Source of the DNA: an uncultured Fibrobacterota bacterium
GTDB lineage: Bacteria; Fibrobacterota; OXYB2-FULL-49-7; CAYNYI01
NCBI GenBank assembly: GCA_964401455.1
Contig: CAYNYI010000001.1
Location: 1,245 to 65,244 of the forward strand
DNA length: 64,000 bases
Direction of reading: 5' to 3'
Shown here in pieces: positions 18,300 through 31,535 of the stretch (position 1 is the stretch's first letter; every line of letters starts with the position of its first letter). A program made the translations under genes and the position numbers. The notes below the pieces were generated by a model. That model was given only the letters and a program-made list of their open reading frames with translations. It was not told the DNA's origin and did no database searches.

Positions 18300-20132
18300 A
18301 TGGAAAATCAGATTCTAACATATACCTCGAAATTTCTGAATATTTTCATTTTCTCTGTGGGAATAATATTTCTTGCCTTTCAGGCAAAAACAAAATATTA
18401 TCGGGAACTTACAATCAGAGGAATATGGATAATATTTTGCGCTGTCTTTGTCGCCGCGGATTTGTTTATAATTCTTCCCGGCAACAACTTGCTGATTAAC
18501 ATTTCAGCAGTTAAATTCCAGCATTCACTCATATTGTTTATCGGAACCTTTATACTTTGGGACATATTAATAATAACGGGACGGGAAAACAAAAGGATAG
18601 TAAAATATTTTTTCGCTGTCTCCCTTCTTTTTTCACTTTTTATCGGTTCCGACCACTTTATGACACTAGGAGCCGACCACTCAAAACAGGCATTTCCGGG
18701 TCCGCTTTATTTTCCTTATCTGGTTTTTCTTTTTTCCGCGACTGCCTATAACATTTTTCTTCTACTAAAAGCTTATTCCACTTTCAGCAAATTCAAGGTC
18801 GTTTCCAAAAAGAAACAGGTTCTGTTTTTTCTGCTCGGATATTCATCGATTTTCGTAACAGGTACATTTGACACACTAAAAACGGTAGGTGCTCTTCCGT
18901 TTTTTGCTTTTCCGTTTACGCTCATAGGGTTCCTGTTTTTTGCTTTATGCGGATGTTTTATTCTTTTTAATGATATAATTGCCGTCCATATGAGCCTTAA
19001 AACGGTCCTTTTAAATCTCAAGGAAGCTTATGCCGAGCTCGAAAAGACAAGACCACTTCAGGAAATAGGTAAAAAGGTTCGACATATTAATCATGATATA
19101 AAAAATTATTGCTGCATTATTTCAAGCAATGCGGCGATTATTTCTCAAAAGTTCCGGGACACGGAAATTCAGGAAAAAAGCAGAACCATTATTAAAACAT
19201 CAAAGACTTTAAGCGAGCTTTCTAAAGGCCTGGTTGACTATTCTACCGGCGGAACCAACCCTGTCTTCAGAAAAATCAACCTTAAGACCTTGATCATGGA
19301 AACAATAGATGTCTCAAGGTCCATGGTAAAGGCTGATTTTGTTTTAAACTGGTCCTGCCCCGATGAATGGCTCCTGGGTGACTGGGGTAAACTTGAGAGA
19401 GTTCTGCTTAATATTTTTAAAAACGCTTTTGACGCACGCCGGGAAAAACAAGATAAAATCAATATCACAATAAACGCAAAAATAAGGAGCGGGAGTTTTA
19501 TTCTCAACATTATTGATAACGGTAAAGGTTTTCAGGAAAATACCGAAGAAGAAATTTTTACCCCGTTTTTTACAACCAAAGGGTCTTCCGGCACAGGGTT
19601 GGGACTCACTATTTCCTCAAACATACTTGCTCAACATAACGGAACAATAGAAGCCCGAGACCTTAAGATGAAAGAAGGTAATTCAGGAGCAGAATTTATT
19701 CTCACGCTTCCGGTCTATAAAGAAGAAATGGATCGTGGAGGCGGCGGAGGAGGAGATCGCAGAGGTCTCCTTATTACAGATAACAATAAATTGATAAATA
19801 AAAGCGACGCCCTTTTTAATGCTCAGAGCGAAACCTGTTTCTGCTCAAGCAGCATTGATGAAGCTGTAACGGTAATAAAAAACAAATCCGTTTCCTATAT
19901 TCTGTGCGACAGCCGTATGCTTGAAAAAGCCGATAAAAATCTACTGGATCTGCTTGAAAAATCTCAATCTTTCTTAATCAATTCCGATAAATCCGGAGAA
20001 ATGTGGGTCCTGAATTACAACAATGAAATTAAAATGGGAAAGCTGAGCGGACGAATCATTAACCGCATCTTGGATTCACTCAGAAACAGTGCGCAAAAGA
20101 GATATTTTCCTCCTGACTTGAACTTTTCCTGA
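18300..20132 (+). CDS. sensor histidine kinase with polytopic N-terminal sensor, HisKA/HATPase core and degenerate C-terminal receiver-like domain
   Basis: Six to seven TM helices, an H-box (RHINHDIKNY) and N/G boxes (NIFKNAFDA; GTGLGLTISS). A hexa-Gly linker precedes a receiver-like tail with no clear acceptor Asp. The start is placed at ATG 18300 because the longer ORF (18114) overlaps the convergent djlA-like gene. Confidence 0.7.
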   Translation: MENQILTYTSKFLNIFIFSVGIIFLAFQAKTKYYRELTIRGIWIIFCAVFVAADLFIILPGNNLLINISAVKFQHSLILFIGTFILWDILIITGRENKRIVKYFFAVSLLFSLFIGSDHFMTLGADHSKQAFPGPLYFPYLVFLFSATAYNIFLLLKAYSTFSKFKVVSKKKQVLFFLLGYSSIFVTGTFDTLKTVGALPFFAFPFTLIGFLFFALCGCFILFNDIIAVHMSLKTVLLNLKEAYAELEKTRPLQEIGKKVRHINHDIKNYCCIISSNAAIISQKFRDTEIQEKSRTIIKTSKTLSELSKGLVDYSTGGTNPVFRKINLKTLIMETIDVSRSMVKADFVLNWSCPDEWLLGDWGKLERVLLNIFKNAFDARREKQDKINITINAKIRSGSFILNIIDNGKGFQENTEEEIFTPFFTTKGSSGTGLGLTISSNILAQHNGTIEARDLKMKEGNSGAEFILTLPVYKEEMDRGGGGGGDRRGLLITDNNKLINKSDALFNAQSETCFCSSSIDEAVTVIKNKSVSYILCDSRMLEKADKNLLDLLEKSQSFLINSDKSGEMWVLNYNNEIKMGKLSGRIINRILDSLRNSAQKRYFPPDLNFS

Positions 20133-20244
20133 TCTTCTCTTTTTATTCTACTGCTTTATTATTTTCTTGCTCCTTGCAAAACATGGCTTTATATTCCTAT
20201 AAAAATACTGTGGTTAAACCTTAATCTAAAAACGGGGGTTTTTA

Positions 20245-21231
20245 ATGGAATTCGACCTATTACAAAAACAAATTCCGGTCCGCCGGGGCGGCCTGATATC
20301 TTACAAAGACTCTTCTCCTGTCAAGACAGAAACATATGTCTATAAATATGATGACTATTTAAAAAAAGACAAAAGCACCGGAAAAAAGATTGTTTCATTT
20401 TTAATAAGTACCCATTCACATCTCGCTGTTTTTGCAATGCTTCTTTCCGCCGCCTGGCAGTATTATGTGGCGAATAAAGTTTCTATTCTTTTAACTGTTT
20501 CAATGGCTGTTTTTACATGGGTTATTTACGGAATAAACCAGATGACAGATAAAAAGGAAGACTTTATTAACAATATAGACAAAATGAACTTCTCCGAGAA
20601 ATACGCGAAGCCAATGCTGTATATTTTTGCCGCTGCCGCTGTTTTATGCCTGGGGCTTACTTATTCACAGAAATCAGCGTTTTATGTTGAACTTTCCGGA
20701 GTTGCCCTTGGAATTTTGTATTCCCTCAAGGTTATACCAGGCATAAAGAATGGAAAACTGAACTTTTATAAAATAAAAGAACTCTCTTTTTTAAAAACCT
20801 TTTTTACATCATTCGTTCTTTCCTATATAATCATTCTTCCGGCACTGTTCCACAACACCGCGCTTAAACCTGAAATCCTTTTTATGGCCGCGATTTTTCT
20901 CAAAACAGCGGCTGACGGCGCGCTTTTTTGTGATATTCGTGATTTAACCGGAGACAAAGTCGCGGGAATCGGAACCATTCCTGTTAAAATCGGCATAAAA
21001 AAAACCGTTTCCAATATAATATACGGAAATCTCTTTTTTGCATTACTTTCTACAATGCTCATGTTTAAGGGGATTATAAGTCCGGCAACTTTTATGTTCG
21101 GTTCGCTTGTTCTTGTGTATTCATCAATATTTGCTATAAATGCAAAAAATCTTAGGAAAAACTGGAATTCATTTACGATACTGTGCGAAGGATATTTTCC
21201 TCTTTGTTCAATTCCGGTTTTTTTCATCTAA
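20245..21231 (+). CDS. UbiA-superfamily polyprenyltransferase
   Basis: Two Asp-rich motifs (NQMTDKKED and DIRDLTGD) within about 8 TM helices, plus a 60-aa soluble N-terminal extension. Confidence 0.6.
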   Translation: MEFDLLQKQIPVRRGGLISYKDSSPVKTETYVYKYDDYLKKDKSTGKKIVSFLISTHSHLAVFAMLLSAAWQYYVANKVSILLTVSMAVFTWVIYGINQMTDKKEDFINNIDKMNFSEKYAKPMLYIFAAAAVLCLGLTYSQKSAFYVELSGVALGILYSLKVIPGIKNGKLNFYKIKELSFLKTFFTSFVLSYIIILPALFHNTALKPEILFMAAIFLKTAADGALFCDIRDLTGDKVAGIGTIPVKIGIKKTVSNIIYGNLFFALLSTMLMFKGIISPATFMFGSLVLVYSSIFAINAKNLRKNWNSFTILCEGYFPLCSIPVFFI

Positions 21232-21250
21232 AAATACAGGCTGATTCTAC

Positions 21251-24067
<2,817 letters not shown>

Positions 24068-24075
<8 letters not shown>

Positions 24076-24679
24076 TTTTTATTTCCGGGAGATTAAGTAC
24101 AAAATCCTCAACTAACCGGAACAATTTTTCATGTCCTTTTGAGTCCGGATGAAGCCCGTCTGATGTTTCAGACAATGGATCATAAAGACCTTGGGTCTTA
24201 AGGTAGTCAGTTGATTTTTCAATGCACGCTTGTTTTAAAATACGGTCATATTTTCTTAGTGAGTCTTCTGTATAAAACTTAGACGGGTTCCACGGAGCCG
24301 GCATAAGACGCTCCTGGTCGCATGAAGGAATGCCGAGAAAAACAGCTTTGCTGTTTATGGACGCCGCCTGATCAGCGAGAAACAGAATATTGCTTTTAAA
24401 TTTTTTTTCCGAGACCGCATGGTTTTCCAGGTTATCCACAAACTGAGAATCGTTTGTGCCTATAAAAAAAACAACTATCTGCGGATTACGAATTTCTGCT
24501 TCAGAATGGAACCTTTTTATAAGATCCTCCGTATTGTTTCCGCTTATTCCGAGGTTATAAACATCATAACCGGAGCCCTTTTTTATAAGGCTCATTTTAA
24601 GCCTTTCTGCCCAACCCCCTCCGTTCCGGTCATCTACACCCCGGGCGATGCTGTCTCCAAAAACACAGATTTTTGCCAT
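24068..24679 (-). CDS. SGNH/GDSL-family hydrolase
   Basis: N-terminal GDS block (KICVFGDSIARG) and a C-terminal DGLHP block. Length 203 aa. Confidence 0.7.
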
Positions 24680-24681
24680 AA

Positions 24682-27591
24682 TTATTTACTGGTTGCCGTA
24701 TAAACCCCGTCCCATTCTCCTTCGGGAGGCTCCGCCTTGAACATTTCGCATCTTTCAATAAAAACTCTTGAAGGCCAGGTTTTAACACCGGGTTCATTAA
24801 GAAAAGGCTCGAGTTCAAGAGACTTTGTAAATTTATTTACAGCCTGATCCCATTCTTTTTTTCTGTAGGCTTCGAGGCCTTCTGAAAAAAGCCCGATACA
24901 GTCCTGTGTTTTTTGAGAAATTTCTCCATCCCTGCCCATTATTTCAAAAATCTTGACCGGCTTGGATTTTCCGACAACCCTTATCATATCAAGCTCTCTT
25001 GTTACAACCGTTCCGCGGGACACTGCTTCAAGAGTTTCTCCTGAACACATAGAGTAAACCCCGTATTGTTTTGCTCCGGATTCGAGACGCGCCGCGAGAT
25101 TAACCGCATCTCCCATCATTGTATAGTTCATTCTGACTTCGCAGCCCATATTACCGGTTACTATTTCTCCGGTATTTATTCCTATTCTCATGTGCATCTC
25201 TTTTACAATCTGGGGCCATTTCTCACCTTCCGACGCCCATTTTTTTCTTAGCTCAAGAAGCTTTTCCTGCATTGCCACAGCTGTCAAAACCGCTCTGTCC
25301 GCATGGTCCGCCATCGGCATCGGGGCGCCGAAAAATGCGATAATTGCGTCTCCTTCATATTTATCGAGAGTTCCCTTCTGTGAAAGGAGTATATTGGTCA
25401 TTCCCGAAAGATATTCATTCAAAAGCTCTACAAGCTTTTTCGGCGAACCGAGCGCTTCGGAAAAAGTTGAGAAACCCTGTATATCTGTAAAATATGCCGT
25501 CCTGATTCCTTCCTCTCCTCCGAGCTCAGGCATTGATTTTTTCTCATACATCATATCAATCAATTCCGGGGAAATATACTGTTTAAAACTGCTTTGAAGA
25601 AATTTTTTGTCCTTCTCCTCGGAAAGGTAACGGTATATCATCGCCGCGATAAAGGCGGACATAATCCCCATTATCGGTTTGATTATTTCAAGCCACAAAG
25701 AATTATCGCTGAAAACAAAGAATGTAAAGATAACATAAGAAATCATGAACAGTACGGTGATTACAATTGATATCACCGGCCTGAGGGCCGATGTAAAAAC
25801 GGCAATGAGAACAGTAAGCAGAAGAAGAACAAGAAACGCATCTCCTGAAGTCAAAGTCCTTATATATTTCGAATTCAAAAGGTCATCGACCACTGTTGCA
25901 TGAATTTCAACACCCGGATAATCACCTCCGAGAGGAGTGGAAACAATATCAAAAAGAGCGGTGGCAGAAGAGCCGAGAACAAAAACCTTGCCCGCGTAAT
26001 ATTCCTCCGGAATCCTTCCGGCTTTTACGTCATAAAAGGAAATATACTGATAGGGCTTTTTCGGCGCTCCCTGAAAATCTATCAAAAGGCTGCCCCTTTC
26101 ATCAACAGGAATTTTAAGATCAGGACCGAAGCCAAGCTGTTCACCGTTGGAAAGTTTATCTATTTCAGATTTATCAGTACCTAGAAAATCTTCCAGAACC
26201 TCGTCTCTCAAAACCATACATTGGTTTATTCTGACTTTCCCTGCGATTTTTGAAGCGGTAAATTTCTCGCTTATTGTTATTCTGCCTTTGGAATATGCTT
26301 CACGAAGCTGTTCTTCGGTTATTTCTTTCAGCTGAAGAAGCAACGAGAGTGAAAGATCGTAAATCTCATTCTGATTATTTGCGAGCTCAACCAGAGTATA
26401 TAGCCCGCTTTCTTCTTTAATCAGTCCGGTATTATCTCCTATCTGAACCGGCTGTCCTTTTGGAAGCCCTTCCAGGTCGCTTACGGTAATGTTTTTAAGA
26501 TCAAGAATTGAAAGATATGAAACAGATCCGTTCAAATAATCAAAATAAACCCCTTTTTCACCTTTAACGAGTACAATCTTTTCTGTAATTGTAAGACTCT
26601 GTCCGTCTTTAAGAGACCGCACTTCATCTTTCTTTTTTAATAGAGCTTCTGCCATTTGCCATGAAACATCGGGATAACTGGTTTTTAATAAGCCGCTGCT
26701 GTCTTTAATGACTCTGAATTTAGGCCCCAGGTTGAGATGTTTGCCAAGATCTATTTCAATATCGTTCAAGGTAACACCCAAAACCCTCATTGCCGCCTGA
26801 AGAGCCAGGGCGGGATAAGTATATCCGTTAAAACCCATAAGGAGATTTATTCTTCTGATAACACCATCACGCTCCGGTACAACATTAATAAAACCGACCC
26901 TATCGGCCGCAGAGGTCAATTCCGGGAAAGAGCCGTCAAGCACCTGCTTGTTAACAATTTTACCGGAAAGATCTATTAAAAGAGCAGACGATGAAGGGTT
27001 CATTTTTTTCCGCCACTTCTCCGTCGTTTTTCTTTCATAGTCCGATTTAAACTGATAGGCCGTTGTGTCTTCAAGCTTCAACGCATGTATGACATTACCT
27101 GATCTTTCAGTATAGTCAACGAAAACAGAATCATAATTAAAGCGCGATTTAACATAATTAAAGAGCCGGTCACTGTCAGGAATATCAAAGCCGCCGTTTT
27201 GTATCAACTCAAGAAATTTATCGCTCTCTTCTTTTCCGAAGTTTGCGGAAGAATAAAAAATATCGAACAGTACCGCGGCCGCGTTACCCTTTGAGAGATT
27301 ATAAGCAACCTCGCCTGCATATGAGCGTGGCCATTTCCAGTAAGGGCCGAGTTTAGAAAAGCTTCTTTCATCAATGTCAACGATAACTATGTTCTCATTG
27401 ACATATTTTTTTTCATTCGAATATGTGTCAAGCAGGCCGGAAGGATATTTGAACTGATAACGCAAATCATAGGTTCTCTGTTCAAGACCATACCACAGGT
27501 CTCCAAGAATATAAGTATAAGTAAAATTAGCAATGAACGCCGCGGCTATGCCTATCAGCACACCAAACCCGGATTTTTTTAACAGCTTCAC
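24682..27591 (-). CDS. CHASE2-sensor class III adenylate/guanylate cyclase with C-terminal TPR-like tail
   Basis: N-terminal TM segment, ~350-aa periplasmic CHASE2-like region, three TM helices, a cyclase homology domain (FTDIQGFSTFSE...YEGDAIIAFFGAP...RIGINTGEIVTGNMG) and a C-terminal helical repeat. Confidence 0.7.
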   Translation of the reverse strand: MKLLKKSGFGVLIGIAAAFIANFTYTYILGDLWYGLEQRTYDLRYQFKYPSGLLDTYSNEKKYVNENIVIVDIDERSFSKLGPYWKWPRSYAGEVAYNLSKGNAAAVLFDIFYSSANFGKEESDKFLELIQNGGFDIPDSDRLFNYVKSRFNYDSVFVDYTERSGNVIHALKLEDTTAYQFKSDYERKTTEKWRKKMNPSSSALLIDLSGKIVNKQVLDGSFPELTSAADRVGFINVVPERDGVIRRINLLMGFNGYTYPALALQAAMRVLGVTLNDIEIDLGKHLNLGPKFRVIKDSSGLLKTSYPDVSWQMAEALLKKKDEVRSLKDGQSLTITEKIVLVKGEKGVYFDYLNGSVSYLSILDLKNITVSDLEGLPKGQPVQIGDNTGLIKEESGLYTLVELANNQNEIYDLSLSLLLQLKEITEEQLREAYSKGRITISEKFTASKIAGKVRINQCMVLRDEVLEDFLGTDKSEIDKLSNGEQLGFGPDLKIPVDERGSLLIDFQGAPKKPYQYISFYDVKAGRIPEEYYAGKVFVLGSSATALFDIVSTPLGGDYPGVEIHATVVDDLLNSKYIRTLTSGDAFLVLLLLTVLIAVFTSALRPVISIVITVLFMISYVIFTFFVFSDNSLWLEIIKPIMGIMSAFIAAMIYRYLSEEKDKKFLQSSFKQYISPELIDMMYEKKSMPELGGEEGIRTAYFTDIQGFSTFSEALGSPKKLVELLNEYLSGMTNILLSQKGTLDKYEGDAIIAFFGAPMPMADHADRAVLTAVAMQEKLLELRKKWASEGEKWPQIVKEMHMRIGINTGEIVTGNMGCEVRMNYTMMGDAVNLAARLESGAKQYGVYSMCSGETLEAVSRGTVVTRELDMIRVVGKSKPVKIFEIMGRDGEISQKTQDCIGLFSEGLEAYRKKEWDQAVNKFTKSLELEPFLNEPGVKTWPSRVFIERCEMFKAEPPEGEWDGVYTATSK

Positions 27592-27606
27592 AGCACCCCC
27601 CCTTAT

Positions 27607-29265
27607 CTATTTATTTTTCAAAATTTTTTCCGCGTGTTTTTTTACAGTATCAGATTCAGCGTCCCCCATCATTCTTCCGATTTCTTTAACCCTTGCCTCA
27701 TCATCAAGATTTTTTATTTCTGTGACTATCCTGCCCTTCCTTTCGTTTTTCATAACCATAAGATGAATATCTGATTTTGAAGCTATCTGATGGAGATGGG
27801 TGATGCACAGGACCTGCTTATGTTTAGACAGCTTTTTAATAAACGAACCTACAGAATTAGCGGTTTCCCCTCCGATACCGGCATCTATTTCATCAAAAAC
27901 AACCGTAGGAACTCTGTCTTTTCCCGCAAGAATATTTTTTATAGCCAGCATAACTCTGGATATTTCCCCGCCTGAAGCAGTCCTGCTGAGGCTCTTAAAA
28001 TCCTCTCCTTTATTGGAAGATATAAGAAATTCTACACGATCGGCTCCAGTGCCGGAAAGATACATTTCGGAGAAATCAATCTCTGTTTTGAACGCAGCGC
28101 CGGACATGCCAAGCGACGCCAGCGAATCTGTTATCGCTTTGTCAAGCGAGCCTGCTGTCGTTTTCCTGTTCGCGCTTAATATGCGGGCTTTTTCCAGAGC
28201 GTCTTTCTTTAATTGTTCACACTCCTTTTTTAAACGGGCAATTTCGAATTCAAAATTTTCACCTATATTTATTTCATTTTTCAGAGAATCTCTTAGGGCA
28301 ATCAACCCCGCGGTATCGGTATTATGTTTTTTCATAAGCTTTCTTAAAAGCGCGGCCCGATCATTAAGCTCCTCTATTTCAGAGGGATCAAATGACAAGT
28401 CTGACAGGCAAGCTGAAGCTTCTGAGGACAAATCCTCTAACTCATAAATAACACTTTCAAGCCTTTTGTCCCAATCTTTAAATTTAGGATCTGTTTCCAG
28501 TATTTCTTTTAATGCGTTTTTACCTCGCGAAATCAAAGTGAGAGCTCCGCTGTCTTCTTCTGAAGTAATGTCTCTGAGAGAAGAGCATGCCTCACCTATT
28601 TTTTCCGAATTATTAAGTACAGAAAGCTTGTTTTCGATTTCATCGTATTCGTTCTCCGACAAAGAAGCCTTTTCGAGCTCATCATAAACCCATCGGTTAT
28701 AATCAGCCTTTTTCTTGAGTTCTGCCTCCCTGCCTTCCGTTTTTTTCAAGACTGCTTCTTTATTTGTTAAAACTTCAAAAACTTCTTTATATTTTTTTCT
28801 AGTCACGATGTCACCGGAAACGGAGTCAAGAACCTCAATGTGTACATCAGGATTCAAGAGATACTGATGCTCATGCTGACCATGAATATCAACGAGCCAT
28901 TTGCCAATTGAAGAAAGAAGAGACAGAGGAACTTTCTCGCGGTTTATCATACATTTATTAGTTCCCTTTTTGTTTATTTCCCTTCTTATAATTATTTCCT
29001 CTTCACAAGGAACCTCTGCTTTATTCAAGAGATCGCGAACAGCGCTGTCTTTTTCCAAAAGAAAAACGCCCTCAACAAAAGACCTCTCTTCTCCTGACCT
29101 TATGGAGTCTGTGTTAGCCCTTTCGCCTAAAAGTAGTGACAATGCGCCGATTATTATTGATTTCCCGGCACCCGTTTCTCCGGTAATAGAAATAAACCCG
29201 CGCTCAAAATCGGTTTCAAGCTCTTCTATCAACGCATAGTTGCATATAGATATAGACCTAAGCAT
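27607..29265 (-). CDS. recN: DNA repair protein RecN
   Basis: MLRSISICNYALIEELETDF...ITGETGAGKSIIIGAL Walker A; a long coiled-coil middle; C-terminal signature/Walker B region. The start is taken at Met8 of the track ORF. Confidence 0.85.
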   Translation of the reverse strand: MLRSISICNYALIEELETDFERGFISITGETGAGKSIIIGALSLLLGERANTDSIRSGEERSFVEGVFLLEKDSAVRDLLNKAEVPCEEEIIIRREINKKGTNKCMINREKVPLSLLSSIGKWLVDIHGQHEHQYLLNPDVHIEVLDSVSGDIVTRKKYKEVFEVLTNKEAVLKKTEGREAELKKKADYNRWVYDELEKASLSENEYDEIENKLSVLNNSEKIGEACSSLRDITSEEDSGALTLISRGKNALKEILETDPKFKDWDKRLESVIYELEDLSSEASACLSDLSFDPSEIEELNDRAALLRKLMKKHNTDTAGLIALRDSLKNEINIGENFEFEIARLKKECEQLKKDALEKARILSANRKTTAGSLDKAITDSLASLGMSGAAFKTEIDFSEMYLSGTGADRVEFLISSNKGEDFKSLSRTASGGEISRVMLAIKNILAGKDRVPTVVFDEIDAGIGGETANSVGSFIKKLSKHKQVLCITHLHQIASKSDIHLMVMKNERKGRIVTEIKNLDDEARVKEIGRMMGDAESDTVKKHAEKILKNK

Positions 29266-29270
29266 ATTTC

Positions 29271-30134
29271 TTACCGATCCGGACACCAGCCCAGTTTATT
29301 TCTTAAAAGCTGAGAATATTCAATCATAGGAAGGCTGACAATCAGAGTCTCATATTCTGATTTTTTAACAATAACCCTGTCTCCCATTTTAAGAGTAACC
29401 CCTTTTTTACCGTCAGCCGAAACCATCGCCTGCACTCGCGATTTCTTGATCGTAACTTCAAGCTCTTTATCAGAAGGAAAAATCACCGGTCTTTCAGTAA
29501 GAGAATGGGGAGAAATCGGATTCAGAAGAAAACAATCCAGAGACGGATAAAGTATCGGCCCCCCGCATGAAAGGGAATAGGCCGTTGATCCGGTAGGCGT
29601 TGAAATAATTATCCCGTCGGCATTATAGGACCCAAGGAGATCATTTTCCAGATTAACGGAAAGATTTACAACATTTCCGCCCTTTCTGTATATAACAACT
29701 TCGTTTAAAGCCGAATCACAATATATTTCTTTTTTACCTCTAAAAACTTTTGTCTCAAGCCGCTTCCTTCTGCTTAGTCGTGTTTTGTTTTCCAAAACCA
29801 TTTTAATTTCATTTTTAAATTCCGAGAGAGAAAACTCAGTGAGAAAACCAAGTTCTCCTATATTAAGACCGATTATCGGAATTTTTCTTTTAAGAACCAT
29901 GGAAGCAGCCGAAAGAAGCGTACCGTCCCCGCCCACAGAGATAATAAAATCTGCTTTTTTTTGAAACTGGGTATCGGAATAATATTTATATCCCGGGATT
30001 CTGTGTCTTTTTAAAACTTCATGAAAAAAAACATCGCATTCAATGCCGGAAAGAACTGACGAGATTTCAGAGACAGCCGCTTTGATTTCCTTTTTCCTGC
30101 TGAAGCCTATTATTCCAAAACTCTTCCTGTTCAT
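29271..30134 (-). CDS. nadK: NAD(+) kinase
   Basis: GGDGTLL motif (ISVGGDGTLLSAA); 287 aa. Confidence 0.85.
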   Translation of the reverse strand: MNRKSFGIIGFSRKKEIKAAVSEISSVLSGIECDVFFHEVLKRHRIPGYKYYSDTQFQKKADFIISVGGDGTLLSAASMVLKRKIPIIGLNIGELGFLTEFSLSEFKNEIKMVLENKTRLSRRKRLETKVFRGKKEIYCDSALNEVVIYRKGGNVVNLSVNLENDLLGSYNADGIIISTPTGSTAYSLSCGGPILYPSLDCFLLNPISPHSLTERPVIFPSDKELEVTIKKSRVQAMVSADGKKGVTLKMGDRVIVKKSEYETLIVSLPMIEYSQLLRNKLGWCPDR

Positions 30135-31535
30135 TTAAGCCCTGGTCTTTCTGCCGTTTACCGATTTAATTAAAGAACTGTATTCGATGTTTTCATTCTT
30201 TACATCCTTAAGAACACTTTTCCCCCGACAGCAGCAGGCCGCTGCAAAAAAAGCCGTTGAAAGGGGACCTGAGTTTCTGCAGAAAAATTCTGAGCCGTCA
30301 TAATCTTTTTTTCCTCGCAGAACAATACCGTCTTCAATTTCGCCTGTTGAAACATCCATATTCCTGAGATTAAAAACCGTAGCAGAAATTAAATCGGGAT
30401 TGTTGTTACGCAAACCTTCAGCGTTTCTTATTACAGTTTCTCCTTCGGCAAAAGACGCCGCGATGGAAACCAGAGGGATTTCATTAACAATAAATGCCGA
30501 GTCCTCACCACCGATTTTTCTTCCCTTTAGACGGCTTGTTGAGGAAACAATGTCAGCGGTCAGTGCCCCACCGGCAACACTGCGGTTTTTAAAAGAAATG
30601 TCCGCGCCCATTCTTTTTAATATAGAAACGATTCTCGACCGTGTTGAATTTATATTAACTCCCTCGACAGTAATTCCTGAGTTTTTCAAAATAATTGACA
30701 ACACAACAAGATGAGCGGCATAATTAAGATCACCGGGAACAGAAACGGTTTTAAAAGCCGGTATTTCTCCTCCATAAACAATGACTGTTTTCGGTGTTTT
30801 CCCCTGAGACTCAGTCAAACTTTTCTTTTTCTCGATTTTCCTGATTCTTTTTGCAAGTTCGTCATTTTCTTCGGGATCATCCTCCACGCTTTGACTAAAA
30901 GAGGACCTTTTTACCTCACATGAAAACTTCTGATATTCAAGAATCCTCTCCAAGGTATCATTTCCCGGGCCATCTTCCGAAAAAACGCTTTTTCCTCTTG
31001 CAAATAAAAAGGTCAAAAGAACAAAATTTTTAACTAGCTCATCCGGCGCGGAAAGCTTAATCTCGGCTCCATAAACCATTGATGGTTTCAATAACAGAGT
31101 AAATTCATTATCGTTAAAAACTGCACCAATGCCAAATTTTTTCATATACGGTTTAAGCCGCGCATAATATCTATAAACTTCCTGTGAATGGAAATAAAAA
31201 ATGGTTTCCCTTTTTTGCAAAAGGGTATACGCGAATAGCCCCCCGGTATTTTCATCAATAAAATCGAGGTCGATTCTTAAAGGGGTTTTTGAATCCTCAG
31301 GAACTGATTCAACCCTCGTTTTATCTTCCGATATTTCTATTTTCGCTCCAAGTTTTTTATAAATATCAAAAATTCTCGCCGTCTCGATGTTAATGTCTGA
31401 AATGCCGAAATTTTCAAGAACAGCTTCTGATTTGCAAAAGAGTCCGATGGAGAATGCTTTTAACGCAAAAAAATTGTCTCTCACGCAGCGAAATTCGCCT
31501 CTAATAAAATTTATTCCGTTCTGCTCTATATTCAA
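30135..31535 (-). CDS. EPSP-synthase-fold (enolpyruvyl transferase family) protein, highly divergent and apparently lacking catalytic residues
   Basis: The C-terminal half aligns with AroA: VSVPGDLNYAAHLVVLSIIL against YLVEGDASSASYFLAAAAI, and IVNEIPLVSIAASFAEGETVIRNAEGLRNNNPDLI against [39 protein letters not shown]. GSKS-Lys22 (here GEFR), KETDR (here NNNPD) and NDHR (here CRNSGP) are not conserved. Length 466 aa; it sits next to tyrA. Confidence 0.55.
   Translation of the reverse strand: MNIEQNGINFIRGEFRCVRDNFFALKAFSIGLFCKSEAVLENFGISDINIETARIFDIYKKLGAKIEISEDKTRVESVPEDSKTPLRIDLDFIDENTGGLFAYTLLQKRETIFYFHSQEVYRYYARLKPYMKKFGIGAVFNDNEFTLLLKPSMVYGAEIKLSAPDELVKNFVLLTFLFARGKSVFSEDGPGNDTLERILEYQKFSCEVKRSSFSQSVEDDPEENDELAKRIRKIEKKKSLTESQGKTPKTVIVYGGEIPAFKTVSVPGDLNYAAHLVVLSIILKNSGITVEGVNINSTRSRIVSILKRMGADISFKNRSVAGGALTADIVSSTSRLKGRKIGGEDSAFIVNEIPLVSIAASFAEGETVIRNAEGLRNNNPDLISATVFNLRNMDVSTGEIEDGIVLRGKKDYDGSEFFCRNSGPLSTAFFAAACCCRGKSVLKDVKNENIEYSSLIKSVNGRKTRA

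Noticed and set aside
25190-25597. 135-aa plus-strand ORF inside the CHASE2 cyclase gene
   Set aside because: It is antisense to a confident multidomain CDS and has no independent support.
27800-29239. Plus-strand ORFs of 215 aa, 73 aa and 112 aa (27800-28447, 28466-28687, 28901-29239) inside recN
   Set aside because: They are antisense to a well-supported recN reading frame, Ser/Leu/Phe-rich and low-complexity, with no RBS. This is typical of shadow ORFs in AT-rich coding DNA.
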